Of a DNA stretch of 64,000 nt, positions 1 to 14,046 are shown in pieces. Source of the stretch: Eledone cirrhosa (taxonomy: Eukaryota); NCBI GenBank assembly GCA_964016885.1, contig OZ024743.1, positions 269,204,001 to 269,268,000 of the forward strand, in the 5' to 3' direction. The first letter of the stretch is position 1, and every line of letters begins with the position of its first letter. The notes beneath the pieces are model-generated. The model had not been told where the DNA came from and did not search any database. It was given only the letters and a program-made list of their open reading frames with translations. A program made the position numbers and the translations under genes.

Positions 1-3
1 ATA

Positions 4-117
<114 letters not shown>

Positions 118-613
118 TGAACACAGGAGGCGATTTTACAATTATATTAGGTTCACGCTTGGTGGAAGTGGAGGAGGTTTCAACTTTTCGGACATAAATC
201 TTTCTTCAGGAAAGTTCCGATAAGGAGAGAACAGATACACGTATGAGCAGTATGCTTCTGTGTGTGTATTAATATATCGGAGAAACGCACGTTAAATGAT
301 GTTTAGAACATGCCTTTATATTCCATGAAAAGGCGGAGGATTGGTAAACACGTGGGAGCAACGGATAAAATGATTTGTGAATGTTTGTTTCCAGCTTACT
401 ACATTATGAGTTCAAATCCCGCCGAGGTCAATGCTTTTCTCCCACCCTCACCTCCCTATGTCGATAGAATGTCGTACCAGTGACGTACAAGGATATATTT
501 AGTTGTGTTTATGACAACTTGTATGGGTGTGTATGTTGCTATTTGTATAAGTAAAATGTGTGTGAACAAATTGTACATGTAAAATGCATCATAGGAATTA
601 AAAAATGTGTATA

Positions 614-651
<38 letters not shown>

Positions 652-750
652 ATGTCTATCCATCACTCTCTCTCTCCCCCTCCCTCTCTCCCTCTCTCCC
701 CCTCTCTCTCACCCTCCCTCCTCCCCCTCTCTCTCCCTCCCTCCTTCCCC

Positions 751-782
<32 letters not shown>

Positions 783-1292
783 GTATGTATATGTGTGTAT
801 ATAAATATATGCAAACGCATACACGTATACACACGTGTGTGTATTGACTAGCAGCTGTTGTATTAGGACTCTCCGGTACCCTCTCCAGCACCAGCACCAG
901 CACCAGCAACACCACCACCACCACCACCACAGTAACAGCCTGGTATTCCATCAGCTTCAGTTAGGAAGTGGCAACATCTCTCTCCGTTTCCAATCTATAT
1001 TCAATATATATCTCTACCAATATTCAGAATGGACACTTTGCTGGTCAATTCTTCAGTCTCCATGGTAACACTCTCTGCTGTGGTCAGTTTCATTTACGTT
1101 CTTGACCAGCTAAAACTGACACCTCCCATCCCGCCTCCTTCTACATCTCTTCCTCTCGCTGTCTCATCTCTTCTATTCTCCTTGACCAACTAATTTGATA
1201 TTACTCTCCTTTTCTCCCTATCTCTCTTTACACATGCATAAACAAACACACATACACACACGTACACACACACACACACACTCGCATATATG

Positions 1293-1345
<53 letters not shown>

Positions 1346-1567
1346 CAAGAGACACGCACGTGCACATTTACGCATTCACACAGATGCACAAACATACGCA
1401 AATAAATTACTTACACACAACATTCCCTTTCTACACCCATGTCACACCCCCTCTCTTCTCCCTCTCCCCTCTCTCTGTTACTCCTTTTCTCCCACCACCA
1501 CCTCTCTTTCCCTCCTTCCTATCTATTACTGACCAGCTAATCTGACATATCTGCTCACAACATACTT

Positions 1568-1600
<33 letters not shown>

Positions 1601-1800
1601 TGCTCACACGTTCGCACACACAATCATATATATATATAAAGACATGAGAAGAATGAATACTGCGTGGTTGCACATGGGTTACATATGATAAAAATAGTCA
1701 TTCATCAGTGATTTTCCAACCTTCATTGGTATTTCATCGCTTTAAAAATCATATACCTTCAGTTGGTGCGAGCAATAGCTAAATAAAGCTATTGGGACTT

Positions 1801-1855
<55 letters not shown>

Positions 1856-1995
1856 ATATTTATATATATATGTATATGTATTTATTTATATATATATATA
1901 TTTATTGTTATACTTGGGGAGGGTCATATTTGTGTGATATTACTCTTTTACCTCTCTTTTACCTGTTTCAGCCATCCGGCTGAGGCCATGCTGGA

Positions 1996-2067
<72 letters not shown>

Positions 2068-2534
2068 TATATATATATATTTATATATAATTGTTTCTAC
2101 TTTTGGCACAAGGCCATCAATTATCCCAGTGCATTACTGGTACTATATTTATATATAATGCCTGTATATATATGTATGTGTGCGTCTTTTATGGAGAGAC
2201 ATGGGTATATATTATATATGCACGTACATGAGTCTATGTAAGTATGTATATGTGTGTGTATGAATGTATATGTATGTGTGTATAATGTACATATGGGGTT
2301 TCTGAAATGATGTGTGTGCGTAGGAGTTGGTGGGGTGTATGTATAGGAATCTGCTTTCTTCGTGCGTGCGCACGCACACACACATCCCCCTCCGCCTCCC
2401 TCTCCCCCTCTCTGTTTCCTCTTTTATATTCTTTATTCTATTTCTATTGGTCAGTTAACTGAATCTTTCCCTCTCTAACTTCCTCTCTCTCCCCCTCTCT
2501 CTCTCATTTCAATCAATCAAATATATCTCCCTCA

Positions 2535-3271
<737 letters not shown>

Positions 3272-3272
<1 letters not shown>

Positions 3273-3512
3273 GGAAAAAGTGTGACCCCGACGGCAGAGC
3301 TCAAGCCGAACTTATCAAGGGGTACTTGATAAGTTCGGCTATTTATTTACCAGGCTAAAAATTCTTATTTAGTTTAGTCCAGAAATAGCCGTCGAAACGG
3401 CTTGAGCTCTGCCGTCGGGGTCACACTTTTTCCTATTACCCACTCTACTACCCTAAGCATTGAGTACTCTGGTGCGTTATGGTCCATCTGGTTCCTTACC
3501 ACATCTCCTTCG

Positions 3513-3514
<2 letters not shown>
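3272..3514 (+). mobile_element. Small fold-back element, (TA)n-inserted family, copy 1
   Basis: AGGAAAAAGTGTGACCCCGACGGCAGAGCTCAAGCCG is inverted relative to 3398-3434 and is followed by a unique tail (ATTACCCACTCTACTACCC...CCTTCGTT). (TA)n lies on both sides. Same family at 10159, 47000 and 47483. Confidence 0.85.
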
Positions 3515-3604
<90 letters not shown>

Positions 3605-3879
3605 ATATATATGTATATGTATACTTCTACACACATACTTACACAGTCCTCCTACAAGGCCATCAAGTTACAAATGTGTATGAAGTTAAATATATAACAC
3701 ACATTCAAACATATATTCTTACAAACAGGGAGACATACACATATACATATATATTTACTTACACATACACAAACTACACACATACACACGTCAATTAAGA
3801 CCTATATACAAACTCCACATTTTCATACAAGTTTCTTTGGTTTATATCCATCTACCTACCTATCTATCTATCTACAGAC

Positions 3880-4570
3880 ATGGGCGCCCGGGCAGGGACC
3901 CTGCAAAAAAGATCTGTCCGAGGTGCGTGCGAGACGAGGAAACCGTCGCGCACGCATTCATACACTGCCCGGGCGTCACTGACCTGTGGGGCTATGTAGA
4001 ACGACTATTGTCGCGGGTGGGACCAATCCGGTTGAGTACCGAGTCCATTGTCATGATCAAACCGCCACCCTCCTTCAAAAACGAAGGAGAGGCGGTTTTC
4101 CTTTGTGTGATAGCTATGGCGAAAGAGGTTGTATGGTGGACAAGGTTGAAAGGGCTGAGGTCAGACACCTTTCTCTCCGGCCAACAACTGATTCTTTTTT
4201 TCAAATACCACTTTGGAAGAAGAATCAGGATGGGGAGAGAGGTGCTGTACCCCAGCAAGTTTTATGAAAGGTGGGTGAAAGTGGCGAGAATGGCCCAAGT
4301 GAATGGGCCTTCTCTCTATATCAGCCTGTAGGTTGAGGAAAAGGAGGAGGAGAGGAAAGGAGTACAAGCTCTTCGTACTCCTGGAGATGAGAGTTGCACA
4401 TTTTTTTTCGGGGGTATGTGTTACCCATATAAACTGTCTCCCTCTATTGGGGAAAATCGACTAACTTTTAAATTCCATCTGTGATAACATTTTACGTTTT
4501 TATTGTATGTAAACTTCCTCCTTTGTATTTGTCCCCTTCTTTTGTGCCCCTGTGGCTAATAAAGAAATAT
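3880..4570 (+). mobile_element. 5'-truncated L1/Tx1-like non-LTR retrotransposon, ORF2 C-terminus and 3' UTR
   Basis: ORF 3837-4331 contains CPRCVRDEETVAHAFIHCP, the CCHC knuckle typical of the L1/Tx1 ORF2 end. A GC-rich body is followed by AATAAA at about 4558 and is flanked by (TATC)n on both sides. Confidence 0.8.
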
Positions 4571-4653
4571 ATCTATCTATCTATCTTATGTATATAAGTA
4601 TATCTCTCTATCTTATCTATATAAGTATATCTATCTATCTATCTATATAAGTA

Positions 4654-4687
<34 letters not shown>

Positions 4688-5900
4688 ATCTATATAAGTA
4701 TATCTATCTATCTATCTTATCTATATAAGTATATATATCTATCTATCTATCTTATCTATATAAGTATATCTATCTATCTATCTATCTTATCTATATAAGT
4801 ATATATATCTATCTATCTAGCTATCTAATTTATATAAGTATATATATCTATCTATCTATCTATCTTATCTATATAAGTATATATATATATCTATCTATCT
4901 ATCTTATTTATATAAGTATATATATCTATATATCTATCTTATCTATATAAGTATATCTATCTATCTATCTATCTATCTTATTTATATAAGTATATCTATC
5001 TATCTATCTATCTATCTAATTTATATAAGTATATATATCTATCTATCTATCTATCTTATTTATATAAGTATATCTATCTATCTATCTATCTATCTAATTT
5101 ATATAAGTATATATATCTATCTATCTATCTATCTTATCTATATAAGTATATCTATCTATCTATCTTATCTATATAAGTATATCTATCTATCTATCTTATC
5201 TATATAAGTATATCTATCTATCTATCTATCTATCTTATCTATATAAGTATATATATCTATCTATCTATCTATCTATCTTATTTATATAAGTATATCTATC
5301 TATCTATCTATCTATCTTATTTATATAAGTATATATATCTATCTATCTTATCTATATAAGTATATATATCTATCTATCTATCTATCTTATCTATATAAGT
5401 ATATATATCTATCTATCTATCTATCTTATCTATATAAGTATATATATCTATCTATCTATCTATCTTATCTATATAAGTATATATATCTATCTATCTATCT
5501 ATCTTATTTATATAAGTATATATATCTATCTATCTATCTATCTTATTTATATAAGTATATATATCTATCTATCTATCTATCTATCTTATTTATATAAGTA
5601 TATATATATATCTATCTATCTATCTTATCTATATAAGTATATATATCTATCTATCTATCTTATCTATATAAGTATATCTATCTATCTATGTATCTAAGAC
5701 ATTTATCTATCTATCTATCGCCCTTGTGGATAATAAAGAATTATATCTATCTATCTTATGTATATAAGTATATCTATCTATCTATCTATCTATCTTATGT
5801 CCCCTTCTTTTGTGCCCCTGTGGCTAATAAAGAAACATATCTATCTTATCTATATAAGTATATCTATCTATCTATCTAACTATCTATCTATTTATCTGTC
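4570..5900. repeat. Compound (TATC)n + TTATCTATATAAGTA minisatellite with re-duplicated LINE 3' ends
   Basis: About 30-35 bp variable units. Partial copies of the Tx1-like 3' end (TGTCCCCTTCTTTTGTGCCCCTGTGGCTAATAAAGAAA) recur at about 5720-5745 and 5798-5836. Confidence 0.9.
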
Positions 5901-6148
5901 TATCATCTATCTATCTGTCTGTGTGTGTGTGTGTGTGTGTGTCTGTCTGTCTGTTTACTTGTCTATCTTTCTGTCTGTCTCTACATTTCTCTGTTTGTCT
6001 ATTTACTTCTTCTCTCTCTCTCTTTCTCTCTCTTTCTATTTATGTAACTGTCTGTTGTCTGTTTATGTTTCCTACATACTTATATACTTCATCTTTCTGT
6101 CTACTTACCTGTCTGTCTTTCTTTATGTCAATATAATCATATAAATAT

Positions 6149-6212
<64 letters not shown>

Positions 6213-6282
6213 CCATACACATGAATCTATCAATACACACACATTCACTCTCCTCTCGCATCTCTCTCTGTATAGCTGTTAA

Positions 6283-6313
<31 letters not shown>

Positions 6314-6409
6314 TCCTCCCACCCCATCTCTCCCATCTCACGTTTCATTTTGCGCTGCAGAAAAAGCATATCCAGGTGCAAACACATGGTCAATCATGAT
6401 CAAAGGAAG

Positions 6410-6473
<64 letters not shown>

Positions 6474-7604
6474 CTCGGAGCACAGAGATTTGGAACAAAT
6501 ATCGTAAAGTATTCTATCCGACGTGCTAAACGACCCCGCCAATTTGCAGCCTTAATAATTATATAGCATATAAATGTGTATGATAGATTCCCTAAAGAGG
6601 AAGACTGCAATTGGGGACCAATGAAGGTCCCCCCACAGATCTAAGCCCGTTCTCTACTTACCGTTATGTAAACCCCGTAAGTTATTTTAGAGCAATGCCA
6701 ATTAAGTTTGAAAACCGTTATACATCACTATTTTAGATGAAATGTAGAGTACTCTTAAGTCCCTGGTGTTAGTGCTACGAAGGTACACCCTGTAAGGTGA
6801 TTGGTGATAGGAAGAGCATCTAGCAGTAGAAACCATGCCAACGTGGGGTGAGAGGTTTCTTTAGACGTGTCAATGGCAATACGTTCTCTCTAGTGTTGGT
6901 GTCTGGACACCATCAAATGTAATATGTAAAGAAAGTGGTTGGTGTTAGGAAGGGCATCGTCCAGTCATAGAAAACTTCTTCAGTTATACCAAAGTCGTTA
7001 GAAAGGGTATCATCCCGCCATAGAAAACTGCTTCAGCTATGTTAAAGTCGTGACAACCTCTCAAGGCTGGTTGCTAGTGTGGACACCATCAAATGCAATA
7101 TGTAAAGAGGTTGGTATTAAAGGGGTATACCAAAGTCGTTAGAAAGTGTAGGGTCCCGTCATAAAAAAACTTCTTCAGCTCTACCAAAGTCGTGATAACC
7201 TCTCAAGTACTGCGATAAAGTGCAACCGTCCAACTCATGCTAGCAGAGAAAATTGACGTTAAATGATTATGGTGATTATGATAGTTTATGCTCTTGTATA
7301 TATTATTTTACATTATATTATATACTGTATATTCTTTTAGTCTTTTACTGGTTTCAGTCATTAGACTGAGGCGGCCATGCTGGACCATTGTCTTGACATA
7401 ATAGACCATATTCTTGTTCAAGAACATAACACTATGCCCATGGTCTTATAATCGTGCGACGAACAGCCTTACTACCTTAATTGGTCCATAATTATACTTG
7501 ATGGCTTTTAGCGATGTTTACAATTACTATATTTGGTTTCCCTCTATTTTTCCTTATTTTTTCCTTTATTTGTGTTTTGACCCATGTCAGAAATATTTAT
7601 GTGC

Positions 7605-7645
<41 letters not shown>

Positions 7646-8737
7646 CATACATACTATCTATCTACACACATGTAATTTGATTTAATCTATTATTAGCTTT
7701 TTATGTTATTTTATTATTTTCTCTCCATTTAAAAAAATATTTTTCAGGTTTGTTTTTTTATATATTTATTTGATTTTTTTTTGGTTTGTTTTTAATATAT
7801 TTATTTGATTTTTTTGGTTTGTTTTGTTTTTCATTAAAAATAACTGTTGGTGTTGTTTAGTTCTATTATCTAAGACACTCCATTTGTGAACGTCCTTTTT
7901 TTTTTCAGATCAGTTGAATCTCATGTCTTTCATTTTATTTTATTTTTATTTTTATTTTTATTTTTATTTTTATTTTTATTTTTAATATGAAAGTGTGAAT
8001 TGAGTGTCATTTAGCTGCTATTTCTAGCAGCTTTATAGTGTTGGTGATGTTAATATTTCGGATCAAGTTGCTAATTGAGCAAACCTTTGATCAAAGATGT
8101 TCCGGTCATGGCCGTACCAATATTTATGGGCGACAATAGGAAGGATTTAAAGGTTATTTGACTGATGTTTTTTGCACGCCAAATAATCTCAGATCCTCTT
8201 TCTCATTCATTTGCCCTCATACCATTGATAGAAAGTTGTTTAAACTCCAGTTCTGTTTTTTTTGCGGGGGGGTGCTTTGGTTTTGTTTTAACCTTGTGAT
8301 AGAAAACTACACAGAACTAGTATATGATACAAAACTGTTTGTTAAAAAATGTTTATTGAAAACTCTTCTATAATATATTGTGTGTAAGGATATTTGTTCA
8401 GTTAGGTTCCAAACATTAGCCTAATAGCGAGAAAGTGTTATTACTAAATTCGTAATTATTTTCGAAATTATTAGACAACCATAAGCAATATCTTTCATTA
8501 GAAATATGGTAATGAAAAGGATTAGACCTTAAGCCTGTCTTGATTCAGCAGACATAGTTAAAGATCTTACTTTCATATACAAAATCAAAAGTGGGCGCCT
8601 AGCTCTTATCAGTATATTAAATATTAGAAAACGTGCACATGAAAAAATGGACATGAACGACAAACGAATACAACCATACAAGCATCTATTCTCCTCTTCT
8701 GTCACCCCACTGAAATCATTTCATGTATGTGTATATA

Positions 8738-8794
<57 letters not shown>

Positions 8795-8799
<5 letters not shown>

Positions 8800-9628
8800 T
8801 CTCCCTTAAAATGAAAGGCAGGTTATACGATGCCTGCATACGAACAGCAATGCTGCATGGCAGTGAGACCTGGGCATTGTGTGCAGAGGATATACGCAGA
8901 CTAGAGAGGAACGAAGCTTGCATGCTCCGCTGGATGTGTAATAGTAATATACGTGAACGGCAAAGCATAAACGAACTAAGGAAAAAAATTAGAAATAAGA
9001 GGGATCAGATGTTGTTTACTCGAGAGAAGGCTACGTTGGTACGGTCACGTCATGCGCATGAAAGACGACAGCTGTATAACAAAGTGCAGGGCAATAAAGA
9101 TAGACGGTAGCCACGGAGTAGGCAGACCCAGAAAAACCTGGGACGACATGATAAATTCCGACCTCACACGCTTACACCTCTCCAAGACAATGTCACTGGA
9201 CCGAGACCTTTGGCGGTACTCAGTAATAGAGAAGACCCGCCTTACCTAAATACAAAGTAAAAACCTACTACAGTCAGTAGGCATCTCTATCAAAACACAC
9301 CCCCGTCCCACCACCTCCACCCCATCCACACCGCCCCTTTCAATGTAAAGTTATGTTGGTCCCACAACATCCCGGCCGAAACAAATGAGATCGTGTAGGT
9401 GTCACGACAAAAAAACACACAGTCCACGCTGTAAATGTGGCCGTGTAGGCAACACGGTAAAAACCTCCCAGCCCCACACTGTAAATGTGGTTGGTGTTAG
9501 GAAGGGCATCCAGCTGTAGAAAACCCGCCAGACAGTCCTATACGAGCAAGACAACCATTCTTGCCCCAAGTGGGAAAACCCCCGTCCAAACCCATGCAAG
9601 CGTGGAACACGGACGCTAAACCCGATGA

Positions 9629-9631
<3 letters not shown>
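8795..9631 (+). mobile_element. RTE-clade LINE 3' fragment (RT C-terminus and 3' UTR)
   Basis: KGRLYDACIRTAMLHGSETW...MLRWMC...GHVMRM...GRPRKTW. Ends in (GAT)n, then (TA)n. Confidence 0.85.
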
Positions 9632-9726
<95 letters not shown>

Positions 9727-9842
9727 TATATATAATATATATATATATATTATATGTAGGAGGTGAGTTTTATTGTAATACAATAAAGCAATGCAGATAT
9801 CGGATAAGAAGCACTCTACAGTTTGTAGGACTGGAGTATACA

Positions 9843-10078
9843 TAATATATAAGATCAAAAGATGGTTAAAAGAGTTCCATGTATTTTATTATGCGCATTT
9901 CAAAAAAATATGTTGATTTAAAACTGCACTATCCAAAAGTGTTTTTTAACCTTCATATCATGTCTTCCTATTTTATCTGATGAAAACACAAATGTTATTG
10001 CATGATGATATTTGTTTTTGAAATGCGCATAATAAAATACATGGAACTCTTTTAACCATCTTTTGATCTTATATATTA
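9843..10078. repeat. Inverted repeat (about 65-bp arms) built from the hammerhead 3' half and downstream sequence
   Basis: 9843-9906 is the reverse complement of about 10015-10078. Confidence 0.85.
9969..10039 (+). ncRNA. Type I hammerhead ribozyme (Penelope-like element type)
   Basis: Stem I TATTTTAT/ATAAAATA; core CTGATGA (9977-9983); stem II AAACACAAAT...ATTTGTTTTT; GAAA (10020-10023); palindromic stem III ATGCGCAT; AUA cleavage triplet. Confidence 0.75.
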
Positions 10079-10123
10079 TATATATATTATATATATATTA
10101 TATATATAATATATATAATATAT

Positions 10124-10158
<35 letters not shown>

Positions 10159-10159
<1 letters not shown>

Positions 10160-10349
10160 GGAAAACGTTTAACCCCGACGGCAGAGTTCAAGTGGTTTCG
10201 ACAGCTGTTTCTAGTCCAGAAATAGCCGTCGAAACGGCTTGAGCTCTGCCGTCGGGGTTAAACATTTTCCTATTACCCACTCTACTACCCTAAGTATTGA
10301 GTACTCTGGTGCGTTATGGTCCATCTGGTTCCTTACCACGCTTCCTTCG

Positions 10350-10351
<2 letters not shown>
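10159..10351 (+). mobile_element. Small fold-back element, (TA)n-inserted family, copy 2
   Basis: Same arm and tail as 3272-3514; (TA)n on both flanks. Confidence 0.85.
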
Positions 10352-10404
<53 letters not shown>

Positions 10405-10506
10405 GAGGTTATATTTAATTTGTTGGGATTCCTATCCAGGAAGCTCCAACCGTTAAGGTTGTCTTTTTTTCCGGGTAGGTCAATATTTATTTATAAAACA
10501 AATCTG

Positions 10507-10572
10507 TATTTTATCTGATGAAAGCGCACCATAATTTGCCTTGGTTGCCCTTGAAATATGTATAATAAAATA
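10507..10572 (+). ncRNA. Type I hammerhead ribozyme (Penelope-like element type), diverged relative of 9969
   Basis: TATTTTAT-CTGATGA-AAGCGCACCA...TGGTTGCCCTT-GAAA-TATGTATA-ATAAAATA. Confidence 0.65.
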
Positions 10573-10605
10573 AATATGGTTTTATAATTATAGTTTCCAT
10601 TTATT

Positions 10606-10676
<71 letters not shown>

Positions 10677-11538
10677 GGTAAACAGAAATAACACAGTTGT
10701 ATATGGAAGGAATATATTAGGTTAACACTTAGATATAAGGATTGAACCAATATTAAACTAGTTAGAACATTATTCAACAGAGTACTCGATACTTGGGAAT
10801 AGTAGAGTGTGACCATATTAGAAAGATTCTTGGACTGGGCGGCGTGTTGTGTTCTTGATAAGACACTTCATCTCATGTTGCTTTTTATTAGAAAACTGGA
10901 GGCCTTATCACTAAAAAAGAAAAACCCTTGAAACCATCCATAAGATACAACTTCGTTAGGGGAGCATTTAAACTTGCATTTCCATACATTCACATGGATA
11001 TATATACAGACACACTCTCACATTTTCTTACATAAATATATACACGCACTCTCTCCCGTTCTCTGAGATACGCATACATGGCCATACACAAGCACACTTT
11101 CACATTCTCTTGCATACAAACACATACATACATACAAACAAACACACACGTGGTCACACATTTCCTTGCATACACATTTAGATACACATATACTCACAAA
11201 CACGCTCACACTACCACATTATCTTGCAAACACACTTATATATACATCGATGCACCCAAATACGCACACGCATTCATTCATTCATTCATTCATTCATTCA
11301 TTCATTCATTCATTCATACACATATATGTTTACTCGCACATATTCAAGCAAACACACACACACACACACAAGTATTCATGCAAAGAGACACACTCACATA
11401 TTTAGGCAGGCACAGAGACACACACACGCGAATCCATATATGTCGTAAAAGGCTATTAAAAGGTTTGACTGTAAAACATTGCCTGAAAACACCACGTCCG
11501 ACACATGCCAGCATGAAAAAGTGGGTATATAAAACGAT

Positions 11539-11656
<118 letters not shown>

Positions 11657-11824
11657 TGTGTGTGTGTGAATGTGCGTGGTTCAAATCTGGGCAGAACTGA
11701 ATATTTATAATTAAGTAAAATAATTTTATATTTTCATTTTCTTACAACATAGCTATGATTGTTTCAGCAAAGCTAGTGTGTTCGCTAAGTTTCTTCCGAG
11801 AGAAATAGTGTATATGTTTGTGTA

Positions 11825-11855
<31 letters not shown>

Positions 11856-12131
11856 ATAATATATATATATGGGGTGGGGTGTATGCATGCATGCAGGTAT
11901 GTGTTTTGTACATAGTTATATATGTATTTATGCTTATATATATATTTATATACTTAAATTTGGCCTTGGCTAGGTTATGTTTGTTGTTAAAAGAGTGTTG
12001 TAAAAACAATGGTGTGGTGGCGGTCGTCGTGGTTCAAGTTGTGGTGGTGTTGGTGGTAGTAGTAGTAGTAGTAGTAGGTGTCATTTGTCATAATTATGAC
12101 AGTTATGGTGGTAGCTGTCATTGAGTGTATG

Positions 12132-12174
<43 letters not shown>

Positions 12175-13681
12175 TGAGGAGAAAGTGTAAAGCAAATAGA
12201 GAGAGTATAGTGACAGGGGTGAGGTGGTAGGAGGGTGGTACATGAGGGAAAGGCTGAGGAAAAGAAAGTGTAAGGGTAAGAGTGAGTGTAAGAGTGAGAG
12301 AAAGGGAGAGAGAGAGAAAATATAATCACAGGGGTGTGGTGGTAGGAGTTGGTATATGGGGAAGAAAAGACCTTGGACTGAGGTAACAAGGTTTGGCTTG
12401 TCAGTCAGTTATGTGGAAAAAGCTTAGTCATATAGTTGTTTGTTTGGTTGGCTGTTTGGCTGGTTTCTTAGCTGGCTGGTTGTTGGTTAGCTGGTTAGGT
12501 ATTTGGACGGGTCGTTTGTTGCTGTTTTTATATTTTCTAGAAAAGCAATTCTTGAGCCTAAAGCAAGTGGTACCTAACGTTTTTACTACTAAAGAACCAT
12601 TTTATTTAAATGAATGTTTCCACTGAGGCCCCCTCCCGTTCTTCCCTTACAGTCCCCGTCTCATACCAGATTGTAGTAGTACAGAAAGAGACAATTATTT
12701 ATATTTAGAGTGGAATGGATAATCAATAACATGTGCATATATATATATTTTTTTAAACAAAGTACCTAACACTTTGAACTTAACTCACAGACCCAAAGGA
12801 CTACCTTTGCCGACCCTAAAGCGGGAGCCACTTACCTAGAGACTCATGTGGCGTTAAGCAACTGTTGGTAGAAACCTTCCTCTGGATCGGACCCACGTCC
12901 ACCTTACGGTTTTAGACCCCGGCTACTGCTGTTGGTACTCATTTGTTTTCAGTGGAATGGAACAGACAACGGAACCGGAAGTGCATTGTTCAAGTACACA
13001 AAGTCTCATTCGCCAGAGGATCGATTGTACGACTTTACGATCGTGTAACCACCCTTATCATTTCTCTCTAGAGCCTGAGACAAATTATGAAGCCCTCCTA
13101 CCATTAACTAATAGCAACATTGTCAACTTAATGAAAGGAAAGAAATCGACGTTTCGGGTGCGTTGTTGTTTGTCAAGCTGGCTAGGTGGGAAAAAGAGAA
13201 ATGATTCATTCACTGGTGCCAAACTGTATCGGTTCTTTTCTTTCCTTTGGACAACATCGGTGGCATATAGATAGGAGTCTTGCATACATAGATGACTGCT
13301 GGTATTCACAAAGAAACACACACATACACGCACACATCATCCAAACAAAAATACATTGCCCAGGCATGCGCCTTGGACCCATGGACTCGTGAGACGCAAA
13401 GGCCTCAAGTCATCACCAGCTCGTCTTGTTCACTCCTCCTCCTCCAAAACAAACGATCTTCATCAATCCCCTTCCTTCATCAACATCCCATCATCGCCCA
13501 CTTTGTTATTAGACAGTTGCTTTTACTACCACCACCACTACTATTGCTGCTGCTACTACTACTACTACTAAGTGTCGTATAAGTTGGATAGCGATCAAAC
13601 GAAACGAGTCTTGTATTGGAAAATCTGAGACTTGCGATAATTAGTTCGATGGTATTTTTCTAATAAACACCTTCAACTAAG

Positions 13682-13787
<106 letters not shown>

Positions 13788-14013
13788 AATATATATATAC
13801 AAATATAATTTCAGCGAGATCGTATTTCGGCGGCGGCCAAAACGAAACGAAACGCAATTTTCGAGATATGCCGGCAAAGCGCTCAATGGACTAGGAAGAA
13901 GTCAGAGCAATTAACATACGTTATAAGGGCCAGACACGTTATAAAAATGGCTGTGAAGTGGCAAGCCAAAGCCAGAAGCCAGGCAGCCGAAAAATCGAGC
14001 AAGCTAAACAGGT

Positions 14014-14040
<27 letters not shown>

Positions 14041-14046
<6 letters not shown>

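Noticed and set aside
175-215. Further hammerhead-like relics (about 175-215 -, 30725-30783 +, 42662-42701 -, 44235-44275 +, 48855-48895 +, 63875-63910 -)
   Set aside because: Core nucleotides or stems are broken. They are probably decayed Penelope-type motifs but cannot be called ribozymes.
13165-13175. CSL/RBPJ site GTGGGAA suggesting Notch autoregulation
   Set aside because: A single 7-mer is expected by chance in 64 kb, and there is no paired site.
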